From positions 32,001-96,000 of the IMG/VR virus record IMGVR_UViG_3300032323_001387: a DNA stretch of 64,000 bases; one strand, given 5' to 3'. A model generated the notes under the pieces. That model was given only the letters and a program-made list of their open reading frames with translations, searched no databases and was not told the DNA's origin. A program made the position numbers and the translations under genes. Numbering within the stretch: the stretch's first letter is position 1; the number at the start of each line of letters is the position of its first letter. The stretch is from a virus. Below are positions 41,601 to 49,675 of the stretch, piece after piece.

Positions 41601-42135
41601 TTGTTGTTCGCTTAACTGGATTACCGAATTTGTTGTTGTCGCCAAAGGCTGCATTCATGACTCTGATGAATCGTTCGTATTCTAATTCGCTGGGATCGCT
41701 GCCCCATTGAATAGTTTTATTAGATAAGTTTACACCGGTGCTATCAAGAATCTGATCACTGCTTACTGCACTTACTACTTTCATAAATCCCTGTGCAGGA
41801 CGAACACGTTTTGGTTTGTATGAAAGCATACGTGCAATACGTAACACACTTTCACGTTTTTCTGCTGTGTCTAAAATATTTTCTCTAGCATTCAAATCCA
41901 TACGGAATGCCAAGTTCTGCCCTACATATGCAACTAAATCTAGTAACGCAATGAATTCACTGTTTTGGATGTAATCGTTAAATTCCTCAGGATAGTTAGT
42001 TTGCATGTAATTAACCATGCTTTGACGCAGTGTGTCAAAGTCATAGCTAATGAATTCGGCATTTTTAAAGCTGGAATAAACTATACTCCAATCTTCTGCT
42101 CCATATAAATTTTCTTGTCTAATTGCTTTTGGCAT
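38668..42135 (-). CDS. gp6: Baseplate wedge subunit, T4 gp6-like
   Basis: DFDTLR, LLDLVAY, ENILDTA.KRESV, FGDG, ETVDEIK.NAP..F...NRMVTADDY. Confidence 0.88.
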   Translation of the reverse strand: MPKAIRQENLYGAEDWSIVYSSFKNAEFISYDFDTLRQSMVNYMQTNYPEEFNDYIQNSEFIALLDLVAYVGQNLAFRMDLNARENILDTAEKRESVLRIARMLSYKPKRVRPAQGFMKVVSAVSSDQILDSTGVNLSNKTIQWGSDPSELEYERFIRVMNAAFGDNNKFGNPVKRTTNSINSTVYEVYNFNNTNSIVNFPVRAVVDGYSLNFDLVPVDINTLGIISQVEPDYNTAFSVLYRNDGKGVGSTKTGFFFLAKQGYIANTVQTLLSPTANAVIDIPMTDNISEEDFHVQTIDENGSVIKTWTRVSNLDFSNIVVNEYGAANKDLYEVLYSDADITSIKFGDGTFTNVPTGNIRVWYRTAENNFIRVKSGEITNVTFDISYRNADNQTHTLSLTMELQDNMVTGLPSETVDEIKRNAPEAFYSKNRMVTADDYNGFLPTLNNDVLVLKAENRTFSGHSRYVDLKDPTGKNRPLIEFADDGYLYREESVKNTVVPDDITRRTVDLLDEYIESKLSNVGLLNFYYGKLNLTNVTGNAALNYFPTVNIGKTIYYTTLTNAIGVNDIFSSMVVDHTNTTDPYDNFDIDGGMLMIDDELFTYRELQQNSQNSTFIGVQRAAQGTAAASHTAGSKVYKVLDYRWRVAYNDANSSNGYISESNGNATPVKLGFTTGAELRSLRPGSVLRLQTPEGVNRWANVYDIKGDGLGIENIDYVYTGLLVNGMGTVEISKSITSLDLIKEILPPFTRVFDDLTRATIIDKLNAKENFALKFDNLTPRWIVINSLVDVESTWNRTSDNNEWLIACIRDGQGWKITIRQLDYIFGSDELIRFYNINWSPTFNPSFPSLSKDTISLLQMGANNKIQESKSYKISGYYVYDDGYTDNSKVKVTPLDIDNDFLPDDPEHFISLVRDSRLNLVNYEEGDFSYLVPVEVSTPESVVKVVPGINSVPFKWEHSVEIDQSLDPSLTNIIDVYVLTKTYNDDYTSWKRAADTNVLAPLPQTSEELRNSFSGLLSYKMMTDEIIFHPVKYKPLFGNLSDKEFQAQFKVVKNIKSKLTDSEIKSKVIAAVDTFFTPGNFSFGETFYFTELAAYIHTSLSTDLSSVVIVPLNQESKFGTLFQIQPDRNEVVTSVANVNDIIVISEITDSNIRIGR

Positions 42136-42140
42136 TACTC

Positions 42141-42533
42141 TTATCCTTGTAGTCTGCTTACTGCGGTATCTCGATTAAATGTAGCAACAAGCTCTGTTAA
42201 TGTTGCTGTAGGAACATAGTTCAGTATAATCGCTACTGTGATGATCTGGGAGTCTGTATCTTCCCTTACATCTAATTGTTTTAATTCTAGTCTAGGGTCT
42301 TTAGTCAGTATTCGTTGCATGTCTTCTTCTATCAGTCGAACGGTTTCGTCGGTTATAGGATCAAACAACAGATCCCATACTATACTACCAAAATCTGGAC
42401 TCATGATTCGTTCGCCTTTTCGAGTGTATAACTCGTTCAAAAGGTCGCGTTTAGCAAGTTCAATGTCATATAACTTGAAGTTGCCCCATTGTTTATCTAC
42501 TGTACTAAAGCCTTTAAATTTACGCATACTCAT
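42141..42533 (-). CDS. gp25: Baseplate wedge subunit, gp25-like
   Basis: TRKGERIMSPDFGS..WDLLFDP...DPR; start moved to MSMRKF, directly after ATAAATA. Confidence 0.88.
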   Translation of the reverse strand: MSMRKFKGFSTVDKQWGNFKLYDIELAKRDLLNELYTRKGERIMSPDFGSIVWDLLFDPITDETVRLIEEDMQRILTKDPRLELKQLDVREDTDSQIITVAIILNYVPTATLTELVATFNRDTAVSRLQG

Positions 42534-42576
42534 ATTTATTATAAAATAATATAAGTAGTTAACGATAGGACGCACT

Positions 42577-42795
42577 ATGAACAAAAATGATTGGCAAAAA
42601 AGAAATATACCTGACACTGTTAATATTATCTGCGAAAACAATAACAAAGCAATGACTGCCAATGTCATTGACATGAATGATAGATTATTAATCGCAGCGA
42701 TACAAGGGGTAAAAATTACCCTTATCAGTCAACACGAAAACGGCATTTATGCCGGCAAGATGGGCGGCTTAGATCTAATTTACAAGTCAAAATAA
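42577..42795 (+). CDS. Hypothetical small protein
   Basis: AGGA upstream; ends at a terminator hairpin. Confidence 0.65.
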   Translation: MNKNDWQKRNIPDTVNIICENNNKAMTANVIDMNDRLLIAAIQGVKITLISQHENGIYAGKMGGLDLIYKSK

Positions 42796-42820
42796 AAGGG
42801 GCTCTGGGCCCCTTTTATTT
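42790..42820. terminator. Bidirectional intrinsic terminator
   Basis: AAATAAAAGGGGC-TCTGG-GCCCCTTTTATTT between convergent genes. Confidence 0.85.
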
Positions 42821-42826
42821 CATTGC

Positions 42827-43357
42827 CTACTTAGGCACATCGCTGTAGCCTAAATATTCTCCCCAAGCAGGATCTCTCATTGAGTATGGGATCACCATTT
42901 TAGCAGCCTTGACCATTTGCCAATAATTAGGTTCTTTGGGCACTGTCAGTGGCTCGATTACTTTGGCGCCTTTAAGCCAATTGCAAGTCCCACAACAAGT
43001 TACCAAGTTACTCCAAGTGCTACCACCTCCTCGGCTTTTTGGTTTGACATGGTCCAAGGTTAAGTCTTTGGCTTGGAACTGTTCGCCGCAATACTGGCAA
43101 GTATAGTTGTCACGCAAATAAACCATTTTACGATTAAACAACACACGCTGACGGGGTCTAACATAACGCCTAGTCATAACGATACTAGGAACTTTTAGCT
43201 CCAAATGTTGGCTATGAATCGTCCAGTCGTCGTACTCTTTAATTACCATCACTTTGTTTAAGTAAAGCAATTTGACTGCCATTTGCCAGTCAATGACGCT
43301 GGGAGGTAACATACTCAATGGAGTACCGTCGTGGTTTAAAACTAATGTATCGCTCAT
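42827..43357 (-). CDS. HNH endonuclease (McrA-like, Zn-binding)
   Basis: LRDNYTCQYCG, TLDHVKPKSRGG, NLVTCCGTCNWLKG; start taken as MSDTLVLN. Confidence 0.9.
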   Translation of the reverse strand: MSDTLVLNHDGTPLSMLPPSVIDWQMAVKLLYLNKVMVIKEYDDWTIHSQHLELKVPSIVMTRRYVRPRQRVLFNRKMVYLRDNYTCQYCGEQFQAKDLTLDHVKPKSRGGGSTWSNLVTCCGTCNWLKGAKVIEPLTVPKEPNYWQMVKAAKMVIPYSMRDPAWGEYLGYSDVPK

Positions 43358-43407
43358 TTTATTAAAATTTATTTTGGTATGAAATAGCATTGACGCTATC
43401 AAAAATA

Positions 43408-43436
43408 ATTATACAACATTAAATATATTGTGTCAA
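43408..43436 (-). promoter_or_regulatory. Consensus sigma70 promoter for the HNH gene
   Basis: TTGACA (43436-43431), 17 nt, TATAAT (43413-43408). Confidence 0.8.
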
Positions 43437-43465
43437 CACACATTCTGTAAAGAAAGGAGCTAAAA

Positions 43466-43675
43466 ATGGACATAGACTCTATCGAACACCACATACGCAC
43501 TTTGGACAATCAACATACACACGTATCAAGAAAATTGGATGCACTGCTTGCTCAAAAAAGTTGGAATGAATATGAAGCAGAAGACCTTAAAAAGCAGAAA
43601 CTTAAACTAAAAGACGAACTATCAATTATGTATCGAAAGCGATACGACTTAATGAATGAACACGATTACGATTAA
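43466..43675 (+). CDS. DUF465/YdcH-like small coiled-coil protein
   Basis: H..L...H...LKKQKLKLKDEL; AAGGAG upstream. Confidence 0.7.
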   Translation: MDIDSIEHHIRTLDNQHTHVSRKLDALLAQKSWNEYEAEDLKKQKLKLKDELSIMYRKRYDLMNEHDYD

Positions 43676-44114
43676 CTTTACATTGGAAACCATAGATTTT
43701 GTACTAAAATCTTTAGAAGAAAAAGCCACAGAATTCCACAAACATTCAGTGGAGAGTTATCCTTACGATGTTTACAAAGAACACGATGCTAAAAATCTAA
43801 GTTGTTTGCAGGCTATAAATTATTTTTCCAATCTGAAAGCATTAAAAGAAGTGGAAATTGGTTATCGAGGACACGACTTAAACGTGGAGTATCAAACTCG
43901 ACGATATAACCAATTAGAAAAATTCCATTTTATTAGTAAGGATGATGATAGATCCGATATACATACGGCACTATCAAACCTGCAAACTGAATTAATCCAA
44001 AACAAATATAGACGTGAGACTAGTAAACTAATCATGTTTGATGTTGAGCTACCAGAAAATATTGCAAATATTTTGGACTCATTGGGCATTATAAAAAACC
44101 GTCTACGAAAATAA
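43656..44114 (+). CDS. Hypothetical protein
   Basis: 152-aa overlapping ORF; no motif. Confidence 0.6.
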   Translation: MNTITINFTLETIDFVLKSLEEKATEFHKHSVESYPYDVYKEHDAKNLSCLQAINYFSNLKALKEVEIGYRGHDLNVEYQTRRYNQLEKFHFISKDDDRSDIHTALSNLQTELIQNKYRRETSKLIMFDVELPENIANILDSLGIIKNRLRK

Positions 44115-44143
44115 TTGACACAAATTCTCTATACTGTTATAAT
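44115..44143 (+). promoter_or_regulatory. Consensus sigma70 promoter for the ligase operon, overlapped by a 13-bp inverted repeat
   Basis: TTGACA 44115-44120, 17 nt, TATAAT 44138-44143; repeat arms 44122-44134 and 44148-44160. Confidence 0.85.
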
Positions 44144-44174
44144 AATGGTATAGAGAATTTTTTACGGGACCACT

Positions 44175-45488
44175 ATGGACAAACCTTGGCAAGTCATCGG
44201 CGATTTGGAAAAACATGCCAGTCGCTTAAACAAAGAAGCTATCATTCAAGTTCAAGCAGATGCAGGTAACACTGAGTTTTTTGAAGGGTGCAGGCTAGCA
44301 CTTGACCCTATGATTACGTTTGGGCTTAAACAAATTCCAGAAAAGACAGATGCAGATGGTGCTGGTTTGGATTGGGATAGTTTTAGTCTCATTATCACTG
44401 GCTTTGTTAATCGCAGTCTCACAGGCAACCTTGCCCGCGACACAGTTGCTCAAATGATGAAGAGTGCTACAAAAGCACAGTGGAATGGTTGGTATCGCCG
44501 TATCCTTATCAAGGACCTGCGTTGCGGTACTAGCGAAAAAACAATTAATAAGATTGTAGAAAAGAAATATGCTAGTTATATCATCCCTATTTTTGGTTGT
44601 CAGCTTGCTCATGATAGTGCTAATCATGAAAGTAAAGTTACTGGCAAAAGAATTATCGAAGTCAAGCTTGACGGAGTTCGTGTTATTACTATTGTCCATC
44701 CCAACGGCCGTGTTGATCAATTTAGCCGTAATGGCAAGGAACTGGTAAATTTCCCGCATGTTAAAGAGCAGTTGAGCAAGATTGCTGGACAGTTTACAGA
44801 GCCTATGGTCTTGGACGGCGAAATTATGAGTAGCAGTTTCCAAGACTTGATGAAGCAAGTGCATCGTAAAAGTAATGTTAAAGCTAATGATGCTGTACTG
44901 AACTTGTTTGACGCATTGCCATTAGTTCAGTTTGAATCTGGTGAAAGTGCCACTACACAAGAACAACGTAGTGAGTGGATCAATTCATGGTTTGCATTCA
45001 ACAAAGATGCATTGCCCAACGTAACTGTTGTAGGGCAAGAACTTGTTGATTTGGACACAGAAGCTGGCCAAAAACGTTTCAAGGAAATTAATGCACTGGC
45101 CATCGAAGGCGGCTACGAGGGCATTATGATTAAGGACCCTGAGGCTCCTTATGAGTGCAAGCGCAGTTATGCTTGGTTGAAACTAAAACCTTTTATTGAG
45201 GTAAGTTTGGAGGTGCAAGGTGTCGAAGAAGGAACAGGACGAAACGAAGGACGATTGGGAGCACTTATCTGTGCAGGAGACGACGGAGGAAAGTTTATTC
45301 AAGTCAATTGCGGTAGCGGTTTTTCTGATAGCGATCGCATCACTTTTTGGACTAGTCGTGATTCATTACTTGGAGCAGTGGTTGAAGTAAGAGCCGATGC
45401 TATTACACAGAATCAAGACGGTACGTATAGTTTGCGATTCCCTCGCTTTTTGCGATTCCGCGGATTTGTTCCTGGAGAAAAACTATGA
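44175..45488 (+). CDS. lig: ATP-dependent DNA ligase
   Basis: KLDGVR (motif I), LDGE, EGIMIK, KRS..WLKLK, GSGF, SLRFPRF. Confidence 0.95.
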   Translation: MDKPWQVIGDLEKHASRLNKEAIIQVQADAGNTEFFEGCRLALDPMITFGLKQIPEKTDADGAGLDWDSFSLIITGFVNRSLTGNLARDTVAQMMKSATKAQWNGWYRRILIKDLRCGTSEKTINKIVEKKYASYIIPIFGCQLAHDSANHESKVTGKRIIEVKLDGVRVITIVHPNGRVDQFSRNGKELVNFPHVKEQLSKIAGQFTEPMVLDGEIMSSSFQDLMKQVHRKSNVKANDAVLNLFDALPLVQFESGESATTQEQRSEWINSWFAFNKDALPNVTVVGQELVDLDTEAGQKRFKEINALAIEGGYEGIMIKDPEAPYECKRSYAWLKLKPFIEVSLEVQGVEEGTGRNEGRLGALICAGDDGGKFIQVNCGSGFSDSDRITFWTSRDSLLGAVVEVRADAITQNQDGTYSLRFPRFLRFRGFVPGEKL

Positions 45489-45670
45489 TAATAGTTTTTC
45501 TAACCCTTACGTTCCTTTTGGCTTTTCTGTCCGGATTTCACTGGTGTGCATATCAGGTAGAGAAAATTGAAGGCAAAAGCGGATTGAAATATGCAGCCTA
45601 TAGTCTGATGTGTGGTGCAATCAGCTTCTGGTTAATGATTATTGTTGTAGGCAAAGTGTCGAATGGCTAA
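45485..45670 (+). CDS. Small two-helix membrane protein
   Basis: Two hydrophobic stretches; overlaps the ligase stop. Confidence 0.6.
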   Translation: MIIVFLTLTFLLAFLSGFHWCAYQVEKIEGKSGLKYAAYSLMCGAISFWLMIIVVGKVSNG

Positions 45671-45911
45671 TCAAACAGACTATTTTAACCGCATTGGCTA
45701 TAAACCAATTTGGCATTTAGGTGACAGAGTATTCGGTCATTGGAATAAAATTCCATTTATAGGTTCTGTGGGCAACGATACTGTAATTAGTCAGCTAGAA
45801 GGACCACGTATTAGCATTCATTTGGATTTACCTATTAGATTTGACAAAAAAATTTATAATGTTATAATTGTCAAGCATAAAGATATTAAAGCATTAAGGA
45901 TATTCGAATGA
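45663..45911 (+). CDS. Hypothetical protein
   Basis: Coupled ORF; GDRVFG..NKIPFIG. Confidence 0.65.
   Translation: MANQTDYFNRIGYKPIWHLGDRVFGHWNKIPFIGSVGNDTVISQLEGPRISIHLDLPIRFDKKIYNVIIVKHKDIKALRIFE
45841..45868 (+). promoter_or_regulatory. Intragenic sigma70-like promoter
   Basis: TTGACA, 16 nt, TATAAT preceded by TGn. Confidence 0.5.
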
Positions 45912-46222
45912 TAAATTGGCTACGAACAAAACTACATAACTTTATTTTTCCAACCGAAAATGCGTTTACGTTTCGTGATGATAGAAAAATGAATACTATT
46001 TCCGCTATTGGCAGTAGTAGACACAATCAGACACTAAGCAGTGAAAACGAACCTTTGAGATTTACAGTATATAATGCTTCAGGAGGCAAGATTGTCGAAA
46101 TTAGTCACTACGATCAAAAACGTGATCGTCATGAAACGAGCTTACATATTATTAGCAGTGACGAGGACTTTGGAGAAAGCCTTGGCAAAATTGCGTTCAT
46201 CGAGCTCCTTAAAAAAGGCTAA
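45908..46222 (+). CDS. Hypothetical protein
   Basis: Coupled ORF (ATGA overlap). Confidence 0.7.
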   Translation: MINWLRTKLHNFIFPTENAFTFRDDRKMNTISAIGSSRHNQTLSSENEPLRFTVYNASGGKIVEISHYDQKRDRHETSLHIISSDEDFGESLGKIAFIELLKKG

Positions 46223-46223
46223 T

Positions 46224-46460
46224 ATGCTTACCGATAAAGAAATTGGTATGATACTTGCCGCACAGTTAATGGCTACTATTAGAGACAAAGAACAATCTTA
46301 TATCAGTACCGTAGGCGCTCAATACTCTAGTTTAAAAGATCCTGGTAAACAGATCATGGCAGAACTTGTGGATATGATGTTTGTTAAGGCTGTTGAATTC
46401 GATCAAAAGCGCAGGCAGGATGATGCTGAGCAACTCGTTATAGAAAATCTTAAAAAATGA
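46224..46460 (+). CDS. Hypothetical protein
   Basis: Start taken as MLTDKE, just after the previous stop. Confidence 0.65.
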   Translation: MLTDKEIGMILAAQLMATIRDKEQSYISTVGAQYSSLKDPGKQIMAELVDMMFVKAVEFDQKRRQDDAEQLVIENLKK

Positions 46461-46618
46461 AATGTACTACATGTAGAAAAGAGTATTCGATACAGTGCGA
46501 TTATAATCAAGGCCGATGCCCACATCATAAACCTATGATTAATACTCACTCCATGCGTTTTTTAAATTTGTTCACTGCTATTAAAGAATGGCTCAATCGT
46601 GATAAAAACAGCCGTTAA
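46457..46618 (+). CDS. 53-aa Cys/His-rich peptide (possible zinc finger); missing from the track
   Basis: MKCTTCRKEYSIQCDYNQGRCPHH...; ATGA overlap; fills the gap between ORFs. Confidence 0.6.
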   Translation: MKCTTCRKEYSIQCDYNQGRCPHHKPMINTHSMRFLNLFTAIKEWLNRDKNSR

Positions 46619-46817
46619 AACAATCAAACAAGGGGACAATGACTTTATGTTTTGTCCGGATGGTATGATCTTATGGCCAAGAGCTTCGTTTGAGATCACT
46701 GACCAGTGTCCTAGTTATTATAAAACTATTATAGCAGAAGCTTATAGTAAAGGGTGGCTCAGACCCCTAGCACATATGCCAGTGCATGAGCATTTTATGG
46801 AACAACTAACATTATGA
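46599..46817 (+). CDS. Hypothetical protein
   Basis: Coupled ORF, GTG start. Confidence 0.6.
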   Translation: MIKTAVKTIKQGDNDFMFCPDGMILWPRASFEITDQCPSYYKTIIAEAYSKGWLRPLAHMPVHEHFMEQLTL

Positions 46818-47185
46818 CAAACCCTTTTCGAGATCAAGAAAAATTTATGCGAGCCTGCGATCAGACAGTCGAAGGCTTTAATCAAGAACAATTTAAATTG
46901 TATGTAAAATTAATTGAAGAAGAATTTACAGAGCTTAAAGAAGCAATCAACAACAACGATCTGTTAGAGACGCTAGATGCGTTGGAAGATATTCTTGTTG
47001 TTACCATTGGTGCTATTCACTCGGCTGGTATGGATGGCGAAGGTGCGTGGAAAGAAGTTATGAGCACTAACTTTGCCAAGATTGATAAAGAAACTGGCAA
47101 GGTTCGTAAGCGTGAAGATGGTAAGGTCTTGAAGCCTGTAGGTTGGACTCCTCCGGATCTTACACCTTATGTCAAAAAAGTCTAA
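46814..47185 (+). CDS. MazG-like (all-alpha) NTP pyrophosphohydrolase
   Basis: EEEFTEL...DALED, EVMSTNFAK, REDGKVLKP.GW.PPDL. Confidence 0.85.
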   Translation: MTNPFRDQEKFMRACDQTVEGFNQEQFKLYVKLIEEEFTELKEAINNNDLLETLDALEDILVVTIGAIHSAGMDGEGAWKEVMSTNFAKIDKETGKVRKREDGKVLKPVGWTPPDLTPYVKKV

Positions 47186-47426
47186 TGTGCTAGACATGAC
47201 GCCCGAAGAAGCTCGGGCGTTTTTACGTAGAGTAATGGGTCCGGACAAGCGCCGCATAAAAGGTCAAGAGTATAAGAATCTAATGTTTATACTCAGTCTC
47301 AAAACTCCTGTAAGTTCGGCAAACAATCAACGGTTATGGACTGACGAATACGAACACAATGGCCGTACATACCTAGTAACCTTCGGCATCGAAGACGATC
47401 CTTGGTTAGAAGAAGTCTGCGATTAA
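47169..47426 (+). CDS. Hypothetical protein
   Basis: Last ORF of the plus-strand island. Confidence 0.6.
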   Translation: MSKKSNVLDMTPEEARAFLRRVMGPDKRRIKGQEYKNLMFILSLKTPVSSANNQRLWTDEYEHNGRTYLVTFGIEDDPWLEEVCD

Positions 47427-49675
47427 TATGGCCACGGGCCAACAAAGCCCTGTCTAGCAATATTTTCTAAATTGCCATCTGTGACATTTTTATTAACTAG
47501 ACTATTAAGTGCATAGGTAGATCCTTCTATAGGAGTGCCAGTCTGCCTAAAATAGTTTGTTGCATTAGCAATTAACTGTTGGTCTGTGGCAGGACTACTT
47601 GTTTGTCGATTTAGTTTACCTTTAGCAATCATCTCATTGGTCTTAGCAATGCCTTTATTAATAATCTGCTGTTCATTGATTTCAGGGCCATAATTATTAT
47701 TGGCAATGATGCTTGCTTCTAAAATTCGACGATTTCTGTCTCGTTCGTCTGCGGCGATAAAGCTAGCTGCCTGGTCCCATGCACCTGCTTTATACAAAGG
47801 TGTTAAGTCTACTTTTTGTCCTTTTACAAATGCTGTGCTAGCATCGCCTGTTTGATTTTGATAACTCACTAAACCATCAAACACGTTTTGTGGTACACTT
47901 TTTACTCCCGTAGATGCTAGCATATTTTTAACATCGCGTTGATTTCGTGCAATATCATTGTATAACATTTGTTGTGCATTGTCTGGACTGATACCTTGAC
48001 TTAAGATTTTTCTTAGGTCCATAGACGAGCCGGTGCCAACTGATACTCCGCCAGCAACTACACTATTTGTCGGTGATATTTTTTCAGTGACACTTTTTAA
48101 TCCAGTAGTAATTGCATTACCTGCGGCTGATAACTTTGCTTGGAAATCTTTAAAAATATTTGTACCTAGCAACACTGATCCATTTCCAGGTGGCAAATTT
48201 AAATCAAAGCCTTTTGCTCCTGTATAAGGAGGAGTTGCTTTTTCTGGAATTATCACACTTCCGTAGCCACCGCTCTCGCCTTTACCATCAGCAGTATTAA
48301 CCGGAGTGTATCCGTTTTGTTGTTTAATAACGCTGACAATTTTTTCACTGACTGTTGCATCTTCTACTGCTACTTCTTCATCGTTATTGGGAGTAGGTAC
48401 AATAGGTGCAGGTGCTTCATTCTCTTTTGGCTTTCTAGGCTGAATCTGATTAGGAGCAGGATCAGATTGCATTTGCATATTACCAGTGCCCACAGGATTA
48501 ATCATTCCACTGTGGCCGGCCCATGGTTCATGTTCTGGTACAATGCTACAAATACTTTCCTTTACGCCTTGATTAACAGCTAGGTTGTACATTGGTATTT
48601 CATTGGCAGCATCAGCAACGGGACCGTTCATATGAATAACGCCAGCTGTTTCATAATGTGCTACTCCACTTAAAATATTACTTGTTTCGCCACTACTAAT
48701 TTTAGTATTTGTTGCCGCTAGCATAGAAACTTCGTTGCCGGCGCTGACTTGAAAACTACCAAAATTGGCTTTCATGTTAATATTCAATCCTGCTTCTATA
48801 TTAACATTATTGTCTGCATATAAGTTTATATTTTCTTGACTTCTGACGTTTATGTCTTTGCTGCCATATAAATGTATTCTGCCATCTGCACTCAACTCTA
48901 CCCAACTTTCACCATTTTTACTAATGAGATAAATGTGCCCAGCAACATCATCTAATAATAACTGAGTGCCGTTGGTTGTTCTTAATCTAATTAATTTATT
49001 GTTACCATCTTTGTCGCCGTCATCTAATACAAATTGATGCTGGCCAGGAGTTAATAAACCTATAACTTTACTAGGAGTTTCTCGCATTGCACCGCTGCTA
49101 GTTGTTCCACGTAAAGGATCATTTTCTAATCCCTGCATTTTTAAAGAATTATATGCAGGCGCATGTGCCACGTATTTTTCTAAATCTGGATCTGGATCTT
49201 TTCTATTTTTTGGCGCTACTGGTATGTTTTCGCCTTTATGTGTTTTACCGGCAGGGATTCCAGGAACACTGACCTGTGTGCCACGCTGATACATACAAGC
49301 AAACCAGTAACACAGGTCAGTCTTACCATCCGCAAATGTTACCAATACTCTAGCATCTATATCAGGTGGTACTGCCCAGAATCCATAACTCTTAATAGTA
49401 TCAATGTATTCTTCTACGTTAGTACCCTGATCAAATATACTTGTCGTTCCTGCAAAAGGACTAGCATAATTAGCCACATACCAACTACTTTCTTCCTCAG
49501 GGTCTCCTCCAAATTCAGGTATGTATACTTGTAAGCGGCCCATGTTTTGGCCATCGTCATTCTTTTTAACAATACCGATATATACCCCATACATTCGAGG
49601 TACGCCGGCGCCCCTGTTATCTACATAACTAGCTGGAGCTTTTTTATTGCCATTGGGATTAGGAACTCTTGCCAT
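47423..49675 (-). CDS. gp5: Baseplate hub/spike protein, gp5/VgrG-like, with a degenerate lysozyme-like C-terminal region
   Basis: N-terminal OB fold (D...MGRLQVYIP, YGFWAVPP), beta-helix repeats, VPEHEPW, then PQNVFDGLVS...RRILEA. Confidence 0.8.
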   Translation of the reverse strand: MARVPNPNGNKKAPASYVDNRGAGVPRMYGVYIGIVKKNDDGQNMGRLQVYIPEFGGDPEEESSWYVANYASPFAGTTSIFDQGTNVEEYIDTIKSYGFWAVPPDIDARVLVTFADGKTDLCYWFACMYQRGTQVSVPGIPAGKTHKGENIPVAPKNRKDPDPDLEKYVAHAPAYNSLKMQGLENDPLRGTTSSGAMRETPSKVIGLLTPGQHQFVLDDGDKDGNNKLIRLRTTNGTQLLLDDVAGHIYLISKNGESWVELSADGRIHLYGSKDINVRSQENINLYADNNVNIEAGLNINMKANFGSFQVSAGNEVSMLAATNTKISSGETSNILSGVAHYETAGVIHMNGPVADAANEIPMYNLAVNQGVKESICSIVPEHEPWAGHSGMINPVGTGNMQMQSDPAPNQIQPRKPKENEAPAPIVPTPNNDEEVAVEDATVSEKIVSVIKQQNGYTPVNTADGKGESGGYGSVIIPEKATPPYTGAKGFDLNLPPGNGSVLLGTNIFKDFQAKLSAAGNAITTGLKSVTEKISPTNSVVAGGVSVGTGSSMDLRKILSQGISPDNAQQMLYNDIARNQRDVKNMLASTGVKSVPQNVFDGLVSYQNQTGDASTAFVKGQKVDLTPLYKAGAWDQAASFIAADERDRNRRILEASIIANNNYGPEINEQQIINKGIAKTNEMIAKGKLNRQTSSPATDQQLIANATNYFRQTGTPIEGSTYALNSLVNKNVTDGNLENIARQGFVGPWPY

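Noticed and set aside
42534-42674. Hydrophobic N-terminal extension on gp25 given in the ORF track (likewise the longer starts at 10317, 11263, 19024, 26013, 43402, 46074, 60400)
   Set aside because: These extensions overlap neighbouring genes or promoter/RBS signals; downstream starts fit the motifs better
42827-43357. HNH protein as an IscB/Cas9-like RNA-guided nuclease
   Set aside because: No RuvC motifs or PLMP N-terminus, and no room for an adjacent ncRNA
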